A stretch of 58,530 bases of DNA, filler included, from Malassezia furfur (taxonomy: Eukaryota), in assembly GCA_052055015.1 (NCBI GenBank). It is 2 parts of 2 records of this genome, joined end to end, with 100 filler letters (N's around TTAATTAATTAA, not from the genome) between each part and the next. Parts side by side here need not be neighbours in the genome. Positions count along the whole stretch, not along the records: positions 29,331 to 58,530 come from JBQJIT010000107.1; 1 more part is not named here. One strand, given 5' to 3'. A model generated the notes under the pieces. The model did no database searches. It had not been told where the DNA came from and saw nothing but the letters and a program-made list of their open reading frames with translations. Shown here piece by piece: positions 56,037 to 58,530 of this stretch. Position numbers and translations under genes: made by a program. Each line of letters opens with the position of its first letter. Positions within the stretch are counted from its first letter, which is position 1.

Positions 56037-58418
56037 ATGGCCGCCGCCGACATTGCGCCGCGGACGGTGCCGGGCGCCGCGCGGCCGTTGGATCTGGCGC
56101 ATACATTATACCCCCGCACGCGCGGCGTCGTGGACCTCGATGCTTTGCGTACCGCATGCACCGCCGGCGAGCTGCACACGCACCCGCCGTGGGTGCGCAC
56201 GCAGGCGTACAAGCTCCTGCTCGGCTACCTGCCGCCGGACGTCTCCGCGTGGGCGAGCACGTTGCAGCGCCGACGCACCGAGTACTGGCAGTTCCTCGCC
56301 GACTTTTCTGACGAGCGGCAGTCGGGCGCGTACGCGGCACGCTCACCCGATCGCGTGCTCGATCAGGTGTACAAGGACCTGTTTCGCGCCGCGGATGTCG
56401 ACCCCGACTTTTACGACGCACCCGCGCGGTGGATCAGCGACGCATACGCCGCGGGTGCCCGTCACTGCCTTCTCGACCGCCTTGAGCGCGTGAACCAAGA
56501 CTTTGCGCGCGCCGCGGCCCACGACCGTCCCCTGCACGCGCGCTTCGTCGACCGCCAATGGCACGCGGTGCTCCGTGTGCTGTTCTTGTACGCGATGCTG
56601 AACCCGAGCATCGGCTACATCCAGGGCATGAACGAGGTCGTGTACGTGCTGCTGCACGCGTTCTTTGCGACGCGCGACGAGGAGCTCGCTGCCTGCTCCA
56701 CGTCCGACCGCGCCGAGCTCGGCGTGGAAAACACGGCCGACGCCGAGGCCGATGCCTTCTGGTGCTTTTCGCTGCTGATCGGCGGAATGCGCGAGGTGTA
56801 CGATTTTGGGCACGGCGATGCCACGACCGTCCAGGCGATGCGCGGCCTCGCCGACCCGCTCCACGTCGACGCGCGGCCGCCCGACAATGGACTGGCGGCC
56901 GCGCTGCACCGCATGAGTGCACAACTCTCGCAGTTTGACCCGGTGCTCGCCGAGGTGCTTGCCGAGCACCAGCTCGACCCCCGGCTGCCGTACTACTCGC
57001 TACGGTGGCTCGTGTGTCTGTACGCGTGCGAGTTTCCGTGGCCGGGCGTACTGCGGCTCTGGGATGTGCTGCTTGCCCAAAAGCACGACCTGCGTACCGC
57101 GCATGGCATGACCAACGCACAAATCAACTTTTTGCTGGACATTGGCTGCGCGCTCCTGGTGTCGGAGCGCGACGCAATCCTCTCGCTCGCACACACGACG
57201 CCCGACGTCTTCCAGCACGCCATCGAGCTGCTCCAGCCGCGCGCACCGCACGACGTCGGCCGCGTGTTGGCTCTGGCGCTGGATATTCTGCACCAGCGCA
57301 CGCAGCAAGCGGCCCTACCGCGCACCGCCGCCGGCCGGCGGCAACCGCCGATCGCCGCGCGGAATCACCGCAACGCATCGCTGCAGCAGCGCCTCGCGGC
57401 GACGGTGCAGCGCACGCTGCATGCGCCGCCCGTGCGCGCCGCGACCTGGACGCCCGGCATGCCGTCGCAGCGCGTGCCAGACACCGACGGCCCCGCATCG
57501 CATGCACCCGCGCCGTCTGCGCCGCGGGTGCCCATGTCGGCGCCCGTGGGCAGCGATGCGGCGCCGCACACACCGACCAAAAAGCCAGTGGAGCAAGCAC
57601 CTGCGTCGCCCTCGACGCCGACCACGCCGTCGATTGCGTCGTCGAGCCGCGCGCTTTTCCGGCGGTACACCGAGGCGCTCCAAGATAGCAATGCGGTCGC
57701 GAGTGTGTCCAAGGCACGCACGAACCTGGCCGCCAAGGCGCTCGCGTGGCGCTCTGCGTCGGGCAGCTCGGCGAGCGACAATGGCGCTGCGCCTGCGTCG
57801 CCGCCCGTGTCTGCCCCGTCCGCAGCAGCGTACGACGCGCCACAGTTCCCGATCCCATCTGTGGTCGACTCGCCGCAGGACCGCGACGCCTACCACATCA
57901 TGGCCCGCACGCGAGCAGGTCTCCCGCCCGTGTCGACGCCGACGCATGATGCAGCGCGGCGCCTCATGCCGGCCTATTCGCCCGCGGCGTCCGAGGATGA
58001 CTCGTTCAGCTCGACCACGAGCGGCGTGACGCACCTATCGCTGCCGAGCATGCGCAAAGCCGCCCAGATGGGCCTGCTGCGCACGCCGTCGTCGAGTGAC
58101 GCGCCGTTCGGTGTGCCGCTCAGCTCGTCCGAGACGTCGCCGAGCCAGGGCGCGGGGCTGACGCGGCGCATCCCGTCGGGTCAGCGCGTAGTGCGCCGCC
58201 GTGCGTCGGACCGGGTCCCGGAGCCGGGCGCGTCTCCGAACGACGCACCGGCGCCGATGCCACCGGCGTCCGCGGCACATCATCCGCGTGTGCGCACGCA
58301 CGACGTCGCGCCTGCGGCCGCAGCCGACGGTGCATCCGACAGCCCCGGGACGCATGCCACCGAGCACCTCGACGCGCTGCTGCACGAGCTGCAGACCACC
58401 GAGTGGATCCGGGACTGA
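56037..58418 (+). CDS. TBC-domain Rab-GAP (TBC1D13-like) with disordered C-terminus
   Basis: YKLLLGYLP, Arg finger KDLFR, Gln finger GYIQGMNE, AEADAFWCFS, YYSLRW and VLRLWD. Confidence 0.88.
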   Translation: MAAADIAPRTVPGAARPLDLAHTLYPRTRGVVDLDALRTACTAGELHTHPPWVRTQAYKLLLGYLPPDVSAWASTLQRRRTEYWQFLADFSDERQSGAYAARSPDRVLDQVYKDLFRAADVDPDFYDAPARWISDAYAAGARHCLLDRLERVNQDFARAAAHDRPLHARFVDRQWHAVLRVLFLYAMLNPSIGYIQGMNEVVYVLLHAFFATRDEELAACSTSDRAELGVENTADAEADAFWCFSLLIGGMREVYDFGHGDATTVQAMRGLADPLHVDARPPDNGLAAALHRMSAQLSQFDPVLAEVLAEHQLDPRLPYYSLRWLVCLYACEFPWPGVLRLWDVLLAQKHDLRTAHGMTNAQINFLLDIGCALLVSERDAILSLAHTTPDVFQHAIELLQPRAPHDVGRVLALALDILHQRTQQAALPRTAAGRRQPPIAARNHRNASLQQRLAATVQRTLHAPPVRAATWTPGMPSQRVPDTDGPASHAPAPSAPRVPMSAPVGSDAAPHTPTKKPVEQAPASPSTPTTPSIASSSRALFRRYTEALQDSNAVASVSKARTNLAAKALAWRSASGSSASDNGAAPASPPVSAPSAAAYDAPQFPIPSVVDSPQDRDAYHIMARTRAGLPPVSTPTHDAARRLMPAYSPAASEDDSFSSTTSGVTHLSLPSMRKAAQMGLLRTPSSSDAPFGVPLSSSETSPSQGAGLTRRIPSGQRVVRRRASDRVPEPGASPNDAPAPMPPASAAHHPRVRTHDVAPAAAADGASDSPGTHATEHLDALLHELQTTEWIRD

Positions 58419-58530
58419 GTATAGTAGATGATACACCTCGCATTGCACTAATTACGCCGGCGCGGCTGGCGCAGCGGCTTGATTTGACGGCCCGCCGGCG
58501 CGGGCGACGTGCCCATATTGAACAAGTTTT

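Overview
This is a GC-rich, extremely gene-dense fungal genomic window. Gene content, very short spacers and tiny GT-AG introns point to a compact basidiomycete yeast, most likely Malassezia (inference). It holds about 29 protein-coding genes, mostly housekeeping: G3BP/Bre5-like, VPS1, TatD/Scn1-like, B-cyclin, VPS71, PEX8, RAM1, PDI-like, PPR-like, DUF3405, NAPE-PLD, STT3, PEX6, MDH, GLT1 (5'-truncated), PDE1, OPT, PP4R1-like, ATG8, SPT16, RIP1, SNZ1, SSN6, OSH, an OCA-type pseudophosphatase, GTPBP1, CDC50 and a TBC GAP. It also has one intron-containing tRNA-Ile(UAU) and an artificial 100-nt contig linker (N44-TTAATTAATTAA-N44). No mobile elements or CRISPR arrays were seen. The most notable observations are: (1) a probable 1-nucleotide exon between 25- and 23-nt introns, needed to build the DAHCH metal-binding motif of the TatD-like gene; (2) about 38 hand-mapped introns, median about 28 nt and down to 22 nt; (3) an SPT16 gene lacking the whole N-terminal peptidase-like domain; (4) a probable fungal CINP homologue; (5) CACGTG E-boxes recurring in tiny (down to 39 nt) bidirectional promoters. 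All exon/intron models were derived by eye and need RNA-seq confirmation.
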